Shown: positions 1 to 10,761 of the stretch, piece by piece
How positions within the stretch are numbered: the first letter of the stretch is position 1
Layout: every line of letters starts with the position of its first letter
IMG/VR virus record: IMGVR_UViG_3300036828_000667
Span: 1 to 64,000 of that record
DNA from: a virus
DNA: 64,000 nucleotides
Strand: one strand, 5' to 3'
Notes under the pieces: model-generated
What the model was told of the DNA's origin: nothing
Database searches by the model: none
What the model saw: the letters and a program-made list of their open reading frames with translations, nothing else
Made by a program: the position numbers and the translations under genes

Positions 1-132
1 AAGCTTTGTTTAGAAAGCTAGAAGGACAGTCTATAATGAATCGCCATTGGGCTCTGTAGGACCTTGCACGCACCCTAGAAAAGTCAAAATTGCCGTTCAT
101 TGAGGAGTGATCCTAGTAGAAGAGGGGAACCC

Positions 133-774
133 ATGGGAAGAGCTAGAAGAGACTTCACAAACCAACGCTTTGGTAGACTGGTCGTAATCGAAGCGACTGA
201 TGAAAAAACCAGTAACGGTGCTGTTAAATGGCTATGCCTTTGCGACTGTGGCAACACTACACGAACTCGTAGTGACCAACTCTCATCTGGTAAGATACAA
301 TCATGTGGTTGCTTATACGTTAACGATCTTACCAACAAACGTTTCGGACAATTAATAGCTCTTTATCCTACAGACCAACGCGCAAGCAATAGGACAATCA
401 TATGGGAATGTATTTGTGATTGCGGAAATACAACCCTAGTTCCTACTGACAGCTTATTATCTGGGAACACACAGTCATGTGGATGCTTTCTACCATCTAC
501 TATACACGGCAGGTGCTATACATCTGAGTATAGCAGCTGGAAAAACATGATCCAACGATGCTCAAATCCAAATTCCATAAACTACAAAGATTATGGAGGT
601 AGAGGCATCGTGGTATGCCAACGTTGGATGACCTTTGAGAATTTCTACGACGACATGGGAGACAAGCCAACACCAGAGCATACCATAGAGCGTAACGATA
701 ATGATGGCAATTATGAGAAATCAAACTGTCGCTGGGCTACGCCGTGGGAACAAGCACAAAACAGAAGGTCTTAG
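133..774 (+). CDS. HNH homing endonuclease with repeated N-terminal CxCDCG modules
   Basis: Two RFG.L..CxCDCGN..SCGC repeats plus YGGRGI..C..W and IER.DNDGNY..NCRWAT; ATG 133 follows GAGGGG. Confidence 0.85.
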   Translation: MGRARRDFTNQRFGRLVVIEATDEKTSNGAVKWLCLCDCGNTTRTRSDQLSSGKIQSCGCLYVNDLTNKRFGQLIALYPTDQRASNRTIIWECICDCGNTTLVPTDSLLSGNTQSCGCFLPSTIHGRCYTSEYSSWKNMIQRCSNPNSINYKDYGGRGIVVCQRWMTFENFYDDMGDKPTPEHTIERNDNDGNYEKSNCRWATPWEQAQNRRS

Positions 775-1247
775 ATCATATCTCTATTCAGATGATGCTG
801 AGAGATTACATCTTCTATCTTCATATATTCTAAACCAGCAAGGTGTCTATCCAATGACTCTTTGTCCATTTGTCGCAAGTCATCGAGGACGGTCTTGAAT
901 AGCTCCTCAATGCCATTGATATACGTATGTTTCGGAATGTAGATACCTAAACTGTTCATATCAGTATAATCAACTACGACTACTCTTTGCTGAAGTAGCT
1001 TGTCCCGTAATCTCTCATAAGTGTCTCTATTACGAATGTACAGTTGCCATATCTTGTCAACTGCCCAGTAACTTGCAGCGTAGGAAAGATCATTCCCATA
1101 CTCAGTTATCAATACAAGCTCTGGTGAAAAGTATTCGTGACTAAGAATACCTTTAGGCTCATAGGGGCCTTCTTTTAAGGTAGTCTGAGCAACGCCATCT
1201 ATATTTCTAGGAGGAATAGGCCTTAAGCCACCTTCTCCAGTGGTCAT
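771..1247 (-). CDS. hypothetical protein
   Basis: 158 aa ORF coupled to portal stop. Confidence 0.7.
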   Translation of the reverse strand: MTTGEGGLRPIPPRNIDGVAQTTLKEGPYEPKGILSHEYFSPELVLITEYGNDLSYAASYWAVDKIWQLYIRNRDTYERLRDKLLQQRVVVVDYTDMNSLGIYIPKHTYINGIEELFKTVLDDLRQMDKESLDRHLAGLEYMKIEDVISQHHLNRDMI

Positions 1248-2944
1248 GCGGCAAACCTCTCCAGTCTACGGAAGCCTTTCTCACTATCCGAACGACGTAG
1301 ATTTTCAGCTAGCACTCTAAGCTTTGACTTCAAGGGGTAGAAGTCTAAGTCTCTCGAAGAACGAAGTACTACATAATCCTGACTCGCTCCAGGCACTGCT
1401 CCTATACCACTAGCGCTAAACATCTTAGCTACATTACGGGGCATACCTAGAGTCACTAGTAAGTTGGCGTACAAATCTCCTTGGGCAGCTGGCATAACAG
1501 GTTGGCCACTCTGCGGATCTGTCGTAGCACTACTGGTTCTCCACGTGTTGATAAGAAGACCAGCCGTTTCAGCAATTTTGGCGTAACCATCAATCATCGT
1601 AAGAGCTAGTTGCGGAGGCTTCTTTATTCCTACAGTAACTTCAAAGTTTGATATGTCAGCTTTAGCGACATAGGTGGCAATAACTAGACATAACCTAACT
1701 AGACCCTCAGACCAAGCATTCTGATAATGAATTAATTTCCTGGCGAACACGACATCCTGAGCTTGTAGTGCTGAACCTCTATCAGTTGCAGTTCTATCGG
1801 CTAGAAGATATCCTTTTGGAATACCCGATGATTGGATAGCTTTATCTCTGAAGTACTCAACATCCTCCACACTACTAAGATCAACGTTTGAAGATAACTT
1901 TTCCGCCGCAAAGCCCTGGTCTGAGGGCATGAACAAGACATCTGTTAGACCTGGAGTTTTACCATAAGTCTTCGTACCAAGAGAGGTATCCTTAAATATG
2001 ATATTTTTGAATTGTGCCTTTAGAGCCTGTATTTTCTGTGCCGCCTGGACAGGGTTCGTACTGCCAGTAGGAATCTTTAGCACAAGTCGTTCTACTCGAC
2101 TCGCTCTGGAAAGAGCTAGTAGTGCTTCCAATGTAACTAGATGGTCAAAGTCAATTCTCATACCTTCCAAAAGTGATCTTCCGTACGGTCTGAAGTCTTG
2201 ATCAAATACGGTCATCTGGACAAATTCCCAGGGCTGTAATATCTTCTTACGTCTACCAGATGATGTTGGATTTTTCACCCATCTATTAAACTTGTCGTCT
2301 AGCCTATACCCTACCGCCAGATGGCCTCCGTCCTTAGGAATAACAGCTTCCCATTGGAGGGGATCAATGTATTCCAATCCTATATCAGTAACGTCGGTCT
2401 CTGGCTCTGGACGAGGTAATTCTATCTTGATACCAAGATCACCGTATTTGATTTGGTTTCTAATATAAGACCGACTACGCTTGATAATCTCATTCTTATC
2501 AAGCACAGCCATAACTTGAGCACCAACTGCTCTATCGTTAAATTTAATTGCTATAGGATCTTCGACAAAGCCAACTGCTAGACATTCATCGGCGTAAGTA
2601 TCTAAAGAAATACAAGCCTCGGCCATCGCATCGTCCATAATCTTATAGGTCTGAACACGTCTGTTTCTTTCGTTCTCAACTCGGGACTTACCAACTGTTT
2701 CCTCTAACCAGTGGTCAATGAACTGAAGCTTGATCTCGCCTTGTTGATTACTCAGGTCTATGTTCGGAGGAAGAGAAACATAGCTTCCATCGTCAGCCTG
2801 GACAACCTGAAGACCTAAGCGACCCGCTAATCCGGCAATACGATCTGGAGAGAGAGTGACCGTCTCCATAATGCTTGTCCCTGGAGTCCTCTGTACATTA
2901 GGTCCAGGTCCTAGCTGTGGTACAATTTCGTCATACCAGGGCAT
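1244..2944 (-). CDS. portal protein, T4 gp20-like
   Basis: Motifs YGRSLLE, R.SR..ER.V.KI..G, VEDVEYFR.K...GIPK.YL, AQDV.FAR; AGGAGA before ATG 2944. Confidence 0.88.
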   Translation of the reverse strand: MPWYDEIVPQLGPGPNVQRTPGTSIMETVTLSPDRIAGLAGRLGLQVVQADDGSYVSLPPNIDLSNQQGEIKLQFIDHWLEETVGKSRVENERNRRVQTYKIMDDAMAEACISLDTYADECLAVGFVEDPIAIKFNDRAVGAQVMAVLDKNEIIKRSRSYIRNQIKYGDLGIKIELPRPEPETDVTDIGLEYIDPLQWEAVIPKDGGHLAVGYRLDDKFNRWVKNPTSSGRRKKILQPWEFVQMTVFDQDFRPYGRSLLEGMRIDFDHLVTLEALLALSRASRVERLVLKIPTGSTNPVQAAQKIQALKAQFKNIIFKDTSLGTKTYGKTPGLTDVLFMPSDQGFAAEKLSSNVDLSSVEDVEYFRDKAIQSSGIPKGYLLADRTATDRGSALQAQDVVFARKLIHYQNAWSEGLVRLCLVIATYVAKADISNFEVTVGIKKPPQLALTMIDGYAKIAETAGLLINTWRTSSATTDPQSGQPVMPAAQGDLYANLLVTLGMPRNVAKMFSASGIGAVPGASQDYVVLRSSRDLDFYPLKSKLRVLAENLRRSDSEKGFRRLERFAA

Positions 2945-2952
2945 TATATCTC

Positions 2953-3438
2953 CTATCGGGCATAGCGATGGGGAGAATCCTTGTCGCTTATATACCACTC
3001 GAATTTCACTTTTGAAACAGGATCTTGTGCGATGATGTGAGCTTCAGAACCTGTAACCAATGCAGCTACCGCATATATCTTATTGTGATCCTGCTGTACT
3101 CCTTCAAACGCTAATATACGTGCGTTGATACAGCTAGTTATCGCATACTCTGAGAACTTTGAAAGATATATTCTACTGGATAGAAACAACAAGGTAGGTA
3201 TTTCTATCCTATTAGATACATTAAATTGACCTGAATTGATCCTTGGGTCACCAAGAACCTTGACGTTTATACGAAACTCACCACGACTTTCTTTCTTATA
3301 ATCTGTAATCTGGACTACGTCATTCCGAGAGAACGGTTTATCTGCAAGAATGCAAAAAGTATGATTTACAAACCCGTATTCATAGCTATGTAATCCATGG
3401 AAGTTCTTGCTACTGGAATAAATTAGGAAAGCGTACAT
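2953..3438 (-). CDS. hypothetical protein
   Basis: 161 aa, packed in operon. Confidence 0.65.
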   Translation of the reverse strand: MYAFLIYSSSKNFHGLHSYEYGFVNHTFCILADKPFSRNDVVQITDYKKESRGEFRINVKVLGDPRINSGQFNVSNRIEIPTLLFLSSRIYLSKFSEYAITSCINARILAFEGVQQDHNKIYAVAALVTGSEAHIIAQDPVSKVKFEWYISDKDSPHRYAR

Positions 3439-4547
3439 CAGATATTTTGAGTCATTCTGGCGTGGATTAAACCAGATGTCTCAACAAAATACTCTATCAT
3501 ACTTGAAGTATTAGCGACTGCGTATATTAATGTTTGAGTAGTCCCTGGCGCGTGTGCATAAGGCATATAATTAAACGGTGGCTGAGGAATACTTAACGTA
3601 TGAGGAGTTGGGCCTTGCTTCACGATAATAAATCCTGTCTGTCCAGGTTTAGCGTTAATAATAGAAGATACAGTAGAATTACCTGAAGCCACACTATAGG
3701 TGGCATTTTTAAATAAATTGAAGTCCCATACAACAGAAGATGCCCAATTTATAGCAACGGGAGTCATAGAATTCCAAAACACGTCGGTTGATATAAGTTT
3801 CTGTGCAGTAGCATTAAGCAGCTGTTGTAAATTAGCAATTGCTGAAGGATCAATATTGCCATATGCCAAGCTATTGAGAACGGCCAGAATACCTAGACCT
3901 AAGTTACCTCTTGCAACGGATGCTGTACTATAAAGCTCGGACAAGTTATTAGTTGGAATTAGGAAATTATTAGTATTCTGTGTAGCAGCTGATCCTAATC
4001 CCAGGTTTGATCTAGCTGCTGACTGACTAGATAAATCACCAAGGTTGTTACCTGCGATCAGCGCAGGCCCTTGCTCGACAATAGTCCAGTTACGCGCACC
4101 GTCACTCTCGACAACCAAATAACTGAAACGTTTATTTAACATCACAGCTGAGTTTAAACCATCAATAAAATCAGAACCGGCTGGAGCCACTGCTATAGGA
4201 AACTGACCAATCACACCAGCTAAATCAACTATCCTCCGACGCTGCCCTGGTGCCACAGAGTTAGCTTGGGTTAATGTCCAGGTCCTACCAGTTGAAAGCG
4301 CAGCTTGACTTACTAACTCAAAATCACTAGGCTTCATATTTATATTGATATCACCAACATAAGTAATGAGGCCTGTGCCTGATTTCGTTAATAGATAAGT
4401 TACTAGATCGCTAAAAGTCCCACCAAAAGTATTCCATGGGCCAATAGGATTCCCATTGACATCTAGAGGTCCATACCCCATACCAAAACGGTCTGTATCT
4501 TGGTATGGAGCCCTAGCTCTGGTGAAACCGTCAATGGTTTGTCCCAT
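3438..4547 (-). CDS. tail fibre-like structural protein
   Basis: NNL.DL...AARSNLGLG fibre motif twice; SDGA.NW.I motif. Confidence 0.7.
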   Translation of the reverse strand: MGQTIDGFTRARAPYQDTDRFGMGYGPLDVNGNPIGPWNTFGGTFSDLVTYLLTKSGTGLITYVGDININMKPSDFELVSQAALSTGRTWTLTQANSVAPGQRRRIVDLAGVIGQFPIAVAPAGSDFIDGLNSAVMLNKRFSYLVVESDGARNWTIVEQGPALIAGNNLGDLSSQSAARSNLGLGSAATQNTNNFLIPTNNLSELYSTASVARGNLGLGILAVLNSLAYGNIDPSAIANLQQLLNATAQKLISTDVFWNSMTPVAINWASSVVWDFNLFKNATYSVASGNSTVSSIINAKPGQTGFIIVKQGPTPHTLSIPQPPFNYMPYAHAPGTTQTLIYAVANTSSMIEYFVETSGLIHARMTQNI

Positions 4548-4550
4548 TCC

Positions 4551-7500
4551 TTAAGCTCCGGTCAAGAGGATAACAGCCCTCTGTATAAGACTACGAACTT
4601 TTCTAAAAACACTGATAACTGAATCTTGTACTATAATAAACGTCTTACCATAACGAGTAGAAGCAGTAGCAATTACTGGAGTTACCCAACTCATAGCTCG
4701 ATGGTATATTATACCCTGTTGTACCTTATTACGAACGACAAATCCAATACGCTTAAGCGTAGTACGAGGAACTGTCAAACGACTAGTAATTCTAACTCTG
4801 ATCGATTTCAAAGAAGTCTTACTAACAAACAACGTCTCAAACCAATGAATGGCTACAGACTTATGGTACCCAAAGCTTCTAGTGATCTTCTGGGGGGAAT
4901 AAAACACGCGGACAAAATAATAGGTTACATTTCTACTTAGCTTCTCAGAAACTGTGATCCTAATATGTTTTAGTACTGCCTTTCCTAACATAAACAGCTG
5001 AGCCGATCGAACAATAATTGATTTAGCCTTTCTAGTAGAAATTACATAAGCAAGATGAACATCAGTTACAATCCGCACAGGCTTTAGCATAGTACGACGC
5101 AAACTCGACAGCATATGCTGTGTAAATATTACAGGCTTACCAATAAGGCTTTTAACTATCTCATGGATAGAAATCCGAATTGTCTTTTGCAACGCCTTAG
5201 CTAGGCTAATACGTTCAATGAACCTGATCCCAAGAGACCTGTTGGTGACTCTGGTCAGAGTAATAGGTACAATAGTAACGATACGTAAAACCCTACTTGT
5301 AAAGGAACGTGATATAGTTATAATTTGTTCTTGGAATCCAATTATCTTTGACGCAACTCTTGATAAGGTTAATCTCTCTGGAGTACGAACCAGCGTGCGC
5401 CAATTCGCAGACTTGATCAAATCTAATGTTTGATCTATGTCTATGAATAGCTTACCTTTACTAGTTCTTACGAACTGTAATAACTCGTGTATCGTTACCT
5501 TCAACGTCTTCGAGATAACAACAGTAAAACTATACAACTGACTAGACGCAAACAACACCAAATGTGACGTTCTTACTACAATGAGAACGTTTTCAACAGT
5601 TGATAGATTAAATACCTTATAGACTGCTGGTCTAAATACCGTAGTACGCGAACTCTGTATAAACGCGAAATACTTAGACCCAACTCTAGAGAACGACATC
5701 ACAGGCCGCGTAATGAAAGAGAATAGCTTATTAGTAGCTTTGGTAAAGTCTAGCCTATAACTTGATATCAGAGTAATGTATTTGACTATCAGATTCGTAG
5801 AAGTAGTAACTTCGTTAGTTATATAAGAGAAGACCTTAATACTACTCTTAACCAAGCGAAGCTGTTCAACAGACTGTATATTAAATATCCTGTAAAACAG
5901 TTTGATCAGTTTGACAGGTTGATTAGTGACTAGTCCGAAGATCTTAGTATATGATCTAATTATAGAAGATACAACAGACAGACTAAAGGAAAACGACGAT
6001 TTAAATATCATTTTCGTTGAAGTAAACGTACTTACTGAAGTAATCTGGATGATCTTAACGGCTCTCTCAGTGGCTTTCCATAACTGAGAGTGTTGTATGA
6101 CCAATCTAAACTGAGCAGCTGGCTGCTTAGCTACCAACGAGAGTGTCTGGCCCATAGAGACTAGGTTCTGAAATGATGTGAACTGTATCGATGTAGTCGT
6201 TGCAACAATCTCACTCGAAAAATCAAGAATAATTCTAGCGATAATCTTTCCAGTAGAAATGATCTGATTTGTAATAACAAGTATCGAACCAGGTAGAGCT
6301 TTCGCTATCAAGAAAACCTGACCAGTAATAAGCGAAGGAGTCTTGATATAGATTCTTAGAACAGATAACACTTCAGAAGACCCGAACAAAAACTGGGGAA
6401 AGTAACTTAGCCTAGCTCTAGTTAGTAACATAGAGATAGAGGATGTAATTAGAGTCAATCTATTGAGCACTCTTATGTAAATAATACTTTCTCTTGTAGC
6501 AAAGTTGATAGAACTAGACGGCACGCGTATGATAGAAATAGCCTCAGATACTGTAAGTGCCAATGTTCTGAAGAAGGAGCTTACCCGAGTAGTCGAGATG
6601 ATTTGACTAGATAAGACTGGAAATACTCTACCTCTTTGGAAAAAGAGAACGAGTGAGAGAGCACTAGACATAGTTGCAACAATTGGAGCTATAAACTTGA
6701 ATAGAGCCGTCCTAACTGTGACTGCTTCTTTAGATATGTACGAGAACACAAGATCATACTGCTTAGGCTTTGTAACACGGGTATATAGAAGAATAATTTT
6801 ATTGGTGACCTTGCTAGTAGTAGCTGTAGCAGATACAAAAAATGTAGAAACCACTTGACGAACACGCGTTATGCCGAGATGTTGAGAAAGGACAACACCC
6901 ACACGTGCTGGGATAGCCCTTGTGATTCCCATCAACTCGGACAAGACAATCCCGAAAATCTTGTATGGGTTCTTAGAAATACTAAGAGACTGGACCATAG
7001 AAAATGCAGACAATCTACCAGAAAACTTGATACTAGAAATGGTCTCCTGACTTAGAAAATTTCTTACTACAATAAGACTTTTGGTAAACCTGAAATTCTC
7101 TGAGTTGATAATAACAACGTTTTTCGAAACATATGAAGCATAGCTGACAACCTGACTACTAAAAACCTGAATTATCGCTACCGGAAGTGTATGCAAGCCC
7201 TTGACAGCAGATACTACTAAAAGACTTCCGGTCTGGACAGTTCGCATTAAGCGAAGAGTCATATATCCTTTAGCAGTTAGCAGATTATTAGTAACAAACG
7301 ACGCCTGATATTTATAGATAGGAGCTAGCTCGGTAACTATCGAAGATATGCTAAATATAATCTTTGATCGAAGTGATTTAAAGAATTTGATCACCTGACC
7401 TATAGTGACGCTAATACTACGAGACACATACTTTATGAGAGACACTAGACTAGAGCTAGAAACATTAACAAATTTCAACAAAGAAATACGTCTAGTTATT

Positions 7501-9284
7501 ATCTCTAGTGTGGAGAAGAGCACTACCCTAACAGGACTAGTTCCCTTTGTGACACTCTCACCAACTTTGAACAAAAACGGCTTACTGGGACCTCGAATAA
7601 CTACTAACAAAACCGAGATGGCGTAGGGTAAAATCCTACTAATATATCTAATAAAAGAGATTACTTGGGACGACGTCAGCACAGTAGTTTTCGATACAAT
7701 AGCAGTTCTAGTGACTTTTTCTGGTGAAGAGAAAAGTCTAGTAAGAGATGGACTAGATAGCCTTGTAACAGATTCATGGACTGAGAATAAAATTGTTCTT
7801 CTTAAGCTTCTAGTAACTGCCAGCACAACAGAAATCGGGTTAACAACGACAGGTATCTTTTTAGTAGATAACTTGATACCAGTTACAAGCTGGGCAGACT
7901 TAATAGATAGCTTACCTGTAACGTTCTTCGTTACGAAGTTAGCCCCAGTGAGTGTAGAGTACGTAGATAGCGTCGATCTCAGTGCAATATTTGATTTAAA
8001 AGTCTGAACAGTAGCTATGCTGGTTTCAAATACTGAACTCAGCTTAGCTAAACCTTTAGCGATTCTAATAGTCTCATTAGAGTATATTGAAATCAGCTTA
8101 GCAGTCATTCCTCCAATGAACTTTTGAGAAACAACAGACACAGTCATACTAGGTATTGCTGTCGTTACTGTACCGGTACTAAAATCACTAGAAAAGTCTT
8201 TGTTGAAATCGCCTCCAGCGGTATCAACCATAAAGTCGGCAGAGTTAAAATCAATAGAGCTAAAATCAACAACACTACCGCCAGCACTACCGGCATTAGT
8301 AAACGATATTAGCTTAGAGAGCACTACCTTAATAGCTCTGATAGTCAATACACTAGTCTCGGTTATCGAAACTTGTTTCTGTCTAGCTAACATCCTAGCA
8401 GTTTGAAGTATTTCAGATGTAGCTATTGAAAGCTGTCTTTGTGTAACTGAGGCTATTATACGTTGAACAGTCAAGACTTCACGAGACTGTATCAGCAACT
8501 GCTTAATAGTAGATGTTCCAGTAAGTTTAGCGTAAATAATAGATACAGCCATACTAGGTATTACTGTCGTCGCTGTACCAGTACTAAAATCACTAGAAAA
8601 GTCTTTGTTGAAATCGCCTCCAGTACTAGACGTACCACTAGCACCAGCATTAGTAAATGATATTAGCTTAGGTAACTTCCTAATAGCTTGAAATATTTCA
8701 GACGTAGCTATTGAAAGCTGTCTCTGTGTAACCAAGGCTCTTATACGTTGGACAGTTAAGACTTCGCCAGAATACAACAACAGTTGTCTTACATTAGGTA
8801 TTCCGGTAAATTTAGCAGGAATAATAGATATAGTCATACTAGGTATAGTTGCTGTACCAGTACTAAAATCACTAGAAAAGTCTTTGTTGAAATCACCTCC
8901 AGTACTAGAAGCACCACCACCAGAATTGAGGAAGGATATCAGCTTTGATGTAGATGCTCCTACTACCTTAGCAGCTTGGACAGTAAACCTAACAGGTTGA
9001 GCAATCGAGATCAGCTTCGGTACATTAGCAGCTGTTCGCTTGACAGTTTGAACAGTTAATACACTTGAATGAGCAACCGAGATTAGCTTTGGTGTAACTA
9101 ACGCTTTTATTCGTTGGACAGTTAATACTGCACTAGAGTGTAACGAGACCAGCTTAGGAGTAGATGCCCCAGCACTGATCCTAGTGGCAGTGATAGATAC
9201 AATGCTTGACTCAGTAACCGCCAGTTTACCAGTTACATTTTTTGTTACTTGACTAGCCCCAGTGACTACCTGTCCAATGGGCAT
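4551..9284 (-). CDS. giant low-complexity S/T/I/V/K/R-rich repeat protein, probably virion-associated
   Basis: 1577 aa open frame, about 19-21 aa pseudo-period, three GGDFNKDFSSDFSTG motifs. Confidence 0.7.
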   Translation of the reverse strand: MPIGQVVTGASQVTKNVTGKLAVTESSIVSITATRISAGASTPKLVSLHSSAVLTVQRIKALVTPKLISVAHSSVLTVQTVKRTAANVPKLISIAQPVRFTVQAAKVVGASTSKLISFLNSGGGASSTGGDFNKDFSSDFSTGTATIPSMTISIIPAKFTGIPNVRQLLLYSGEVLTVQRIRALVTQRQLSIATSEIFQAIRKLPKLISFTNAGASGTSSTGGDFNKDFSSDFSTGTATTVIPSMAVSIIYAKLTGTSTIKQLLIQSREVLTVQRIIASVTQRQLSIATSEILQTARMLARQKQVSITETSVLTIRAIKVVLSKLISFTNAGSAGGSVVDFSSIDFNSADFMVDTAGGDFNKDFSSDFSTGTVTTAIPSMTVSVVSQKFIGGMTAKLISIYSNETIRIAKGLAKLSSVFETSIATVQTFKSNIALRSTLSTYSTLTGANFVTKNVTGKLSIKSAQLVTGIKLSTKKIPVVVNPISVVLAVTRSLRRTILFSVHESVTRLSSPSLTRLFSSPEKVTRTAIVSKTTVLTSSQVISFIRYISRILPYAISVLLVVIRGPSKPFLFKVGESVTKGTSPVRVVLFSTLEIITRRISLLKFVNVSSSSLVSLIKYVSRSISVTIGQVIKFFKSLRSKIIFSISSIVTELAPIYKYQASFVTNNLLTAKGYMTLRLMRTVQTGSLLVVSAVKGLHTLPVAIIQVFSSQVVSYASYVSKNVVIINSENFRFTKSLIVVRNFLSQETISSIKFSGRLSAFSMVQSLSISKNPYKIFGIVLSELMGITRAIPARVGVVLSQHLGITRVRQVVSTFFVSATATTSKVTNKIILLYTRVTKPKQYDLVFSYISKEAVTVRTALFKFIAPIVATMSSALSLVLFFQRGRVFPVLSSQIISTTRVSSFFRTLALTVSEAISIIRVPSSSINFATRESIIYIRVLNRLTLITSSISMLLTRARLSYFPQFLFGSSEVLSVLRIYIKTPSLITGQVFLIAKALPGSILVITNQIISTGKIIARIILDFSSEIVATTTSIQFTSFQNLVSMGQTLSLVAKQPAAQFRLVIQHSQLWKATERAVKIIQITSVSTFTSTKMIFKSSFSFSLSVVSSIIRSYTKIFGLVTNQPVKLIKLFYRIFNIQSVEQLRLVKSSIKVFSYITNEVTTSTNLIVKYITLISSYRLDFTKATNKLFSFITRPVMSFSRVGSKYFAFIQSSRTTVFRPAVYKVFNLSTVENVLIVVRTSHLVLFASSQLYSFTVVISKTLKVTIHELLQFVRTSKGKLFIDIDQTLDLIKSANWRTLVRTPERLTLSRVASKIIGFQEQIITISRSFTSRVLRIVTIVPITLTRVTNRSLGIRFIERISLAKALQKTIRISIHEIVKSLIGKPVIFTQHMLSSLRRTMLKPVRIVTDVHLAYVISTRKAKSIIVRSAQLFMLGKAVLKHIRITVSEKLSRNVTYYFVRVFYSPQKITRSFGYHKSVAIHWFETLFVSKTSLKSIRVRITSRLTVPRTTLKRIGFVVRNKVQQGIIYHRAMSWVTPVIATASTRYGKTFIIVQDSVISVFRKVRSLIQRAVILLTGA
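8176..8900. repeat. three copies of a 41-bp repeat encoding GGDFNKDFSSDFST
   Basis: gtactaaaatcactagaaaagtctttgttgaaatc(g/a)cctcc at 8176, 8581, 8860. Confidence 0.9.
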
Positions 9285-10096
9285 TAAAGTATTATCACTT
9301 TATTGATTGTCTTTGGGACACTCACTGACTCAGTAGACTGCATAGGCAATACCCTCCCCAGCTGAGCAGCCTTACTAAGGCTGACAAACTCAGGTGACGT
9401 AGAGCCTATAGTCTTATTAAGTCCCAAACGCTTTGATATAATCTCTGGCGAAGTAAAGTCATACTCACGTTGATAGGCAACAGCCGCAGGTTTGAACGAA
9501 ACCAGCATTACCGTAAAAGTCCGAGAAGTAATCGTTGGATTATAGGTAACTGAATTGGTAGAAGAAACAACAATAGATCCGCCTCTAACCGATACACTAT
9601 TATTTGCTGCTACTATACTATCAAATGGTATAGCCCAACCACTAGGTTGATTAAAAGTATCAGATGTCCCTGTAGTACCCGTATATACACAACCAAATAA
9701 AGCTTCATTAGATGAAGTTAGGGGTCCAGATGAAACCGATGGAGTAGTAGAAGTCCCGCCAACCAAAGCAGGGTTTGCATCAGTTAGAAAAGGACCACCT
9801 GTAACGGACCCGATAGCTAATGCAAGAGCACTAGCAGAAGAAGCTCTTGTCCAAGTTATCTTCTGACCAGCGTTTATTGCTATACAATTGTGACATACCC
9901 AAAGGTAAGCCCCACTACCCGAATTAAGTAACTGATAAGTATTTCCTACATCATCACCAAGAGAAACAGACGCTTGCCCTGAAATACCAGCAGCACAAAT
10001 CGAAGCCCCTGCTGGAATATTATTTGGTAACGTCCTAGATATAGTCAGTCCTGATAAAGCACTTGCACCTCCTTGGTCTGCAATTACTATCGCCAT
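9284..10096 (-). CDS. virion structural protein (beta-rich)
   Basis: S/T/G-rich, D..GNTY motif; C-terminus carries the S.E repeat style of its neighbour. Confidence 0.6.
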   Translation of the reverse strand: MAIVIADQGGASALSGLTISRTLPNNIPAGASICAAGISGQASVSLGDDVGNTYQLLNSGSGAYLWVCHNCIAINAGQKITWTRASSASALALAIGSVTGGPFLTDANPALVGGTSTTPSVSSGPLTSSNEALFGCVYTGTTGTSDTFNQPSGWAIPFDSIVAANNSVSVRGGSIVVSSTNSVTYNPTITSRTFTVMLVSFKPAAVAYQREYDFTSPEIISKRLGLNKTIGSTSPEFVSLSKAAQLGRVLPMQSTESVSVPKTINKVIIL

Positions 10097-10761
10097 ACAT
10101 ACAATCCCCAGAAGGTCGCTTCACTTAAAGCCCTAGGCACTACCTCTGGGTCCAAACTACCTATCTCCAATTCTTCGAAACCAACGTCCTTGATCAGTTT
10201 TTGAATGTCAATACCATCATTAGCCCATCCCCTCTCTAGAGTAGGAACAACTCTAGTTACATTGTTGACGACAAACATCTTGGCACCTGGGAAGAGGGAA
10301 TCCCTTATAGTCCTGAGATCTTCTTCAGGATCGAGACAATGCTGTAGAACCCATACAACGACAGCAAGATCAAACTTCATATGTTTCCTAATCATATCAA
10401 ATGATTTCGGAGAACAAGCGAAGAAGCTATCGTCATCTACATGATGGGCTGCAAAGCCTCTCATACTAGAACTTATGTCAACCCCTATGGCTGTGCAGTT
10501 ACTCTTGCTTATCAGTTCCTTGGAGATCCTTCCTATCCCACAACCATAGTCCAAAACAAACCTTTCTCCGGCGTCGAGTTTGACCTTAGAAAGGATCAGG
10601 TCGGTCAGGTATGGAGTTTCCCTAATCCACCTTTCTTTAGAGCTTTGATCAAACTCTGTAGTAAGGATAACATTTCTAGCCTGTTCCATACTAGGAACGT
10701 TGAAAACACCAGGATAATAAGTAGCCTCATCGTAAGCAGGCATAGTCATGTTGGTTTCCAT
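10087..10761 (-). CDS. class I SAM-dependent methyltransferase
   Basis: VLDYGCGIGR motif I, GVDISSSM, FDLAV...VLQH. Confidence 0.88.
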   Translation of the reverse strand: METNMTMPAYDEATYYPGVFNVPSMEQARNVILTTEFDQSSKERWIRETPYLTDLILSKVKLDAGERFVLDYGCGIGRISKELISKSNCTAIGVDISSSMRGFAAHHVDDDSFFACSPKSFDMIRKHMKFDLAVVVWVLQHCLDPEEDLRTIRDSLFPGAKMFVVNNVTRVVPTLERGWANDGIDIQKLIKDVGFEELEIGSLDPEVVPRALSEATFWGLYVWR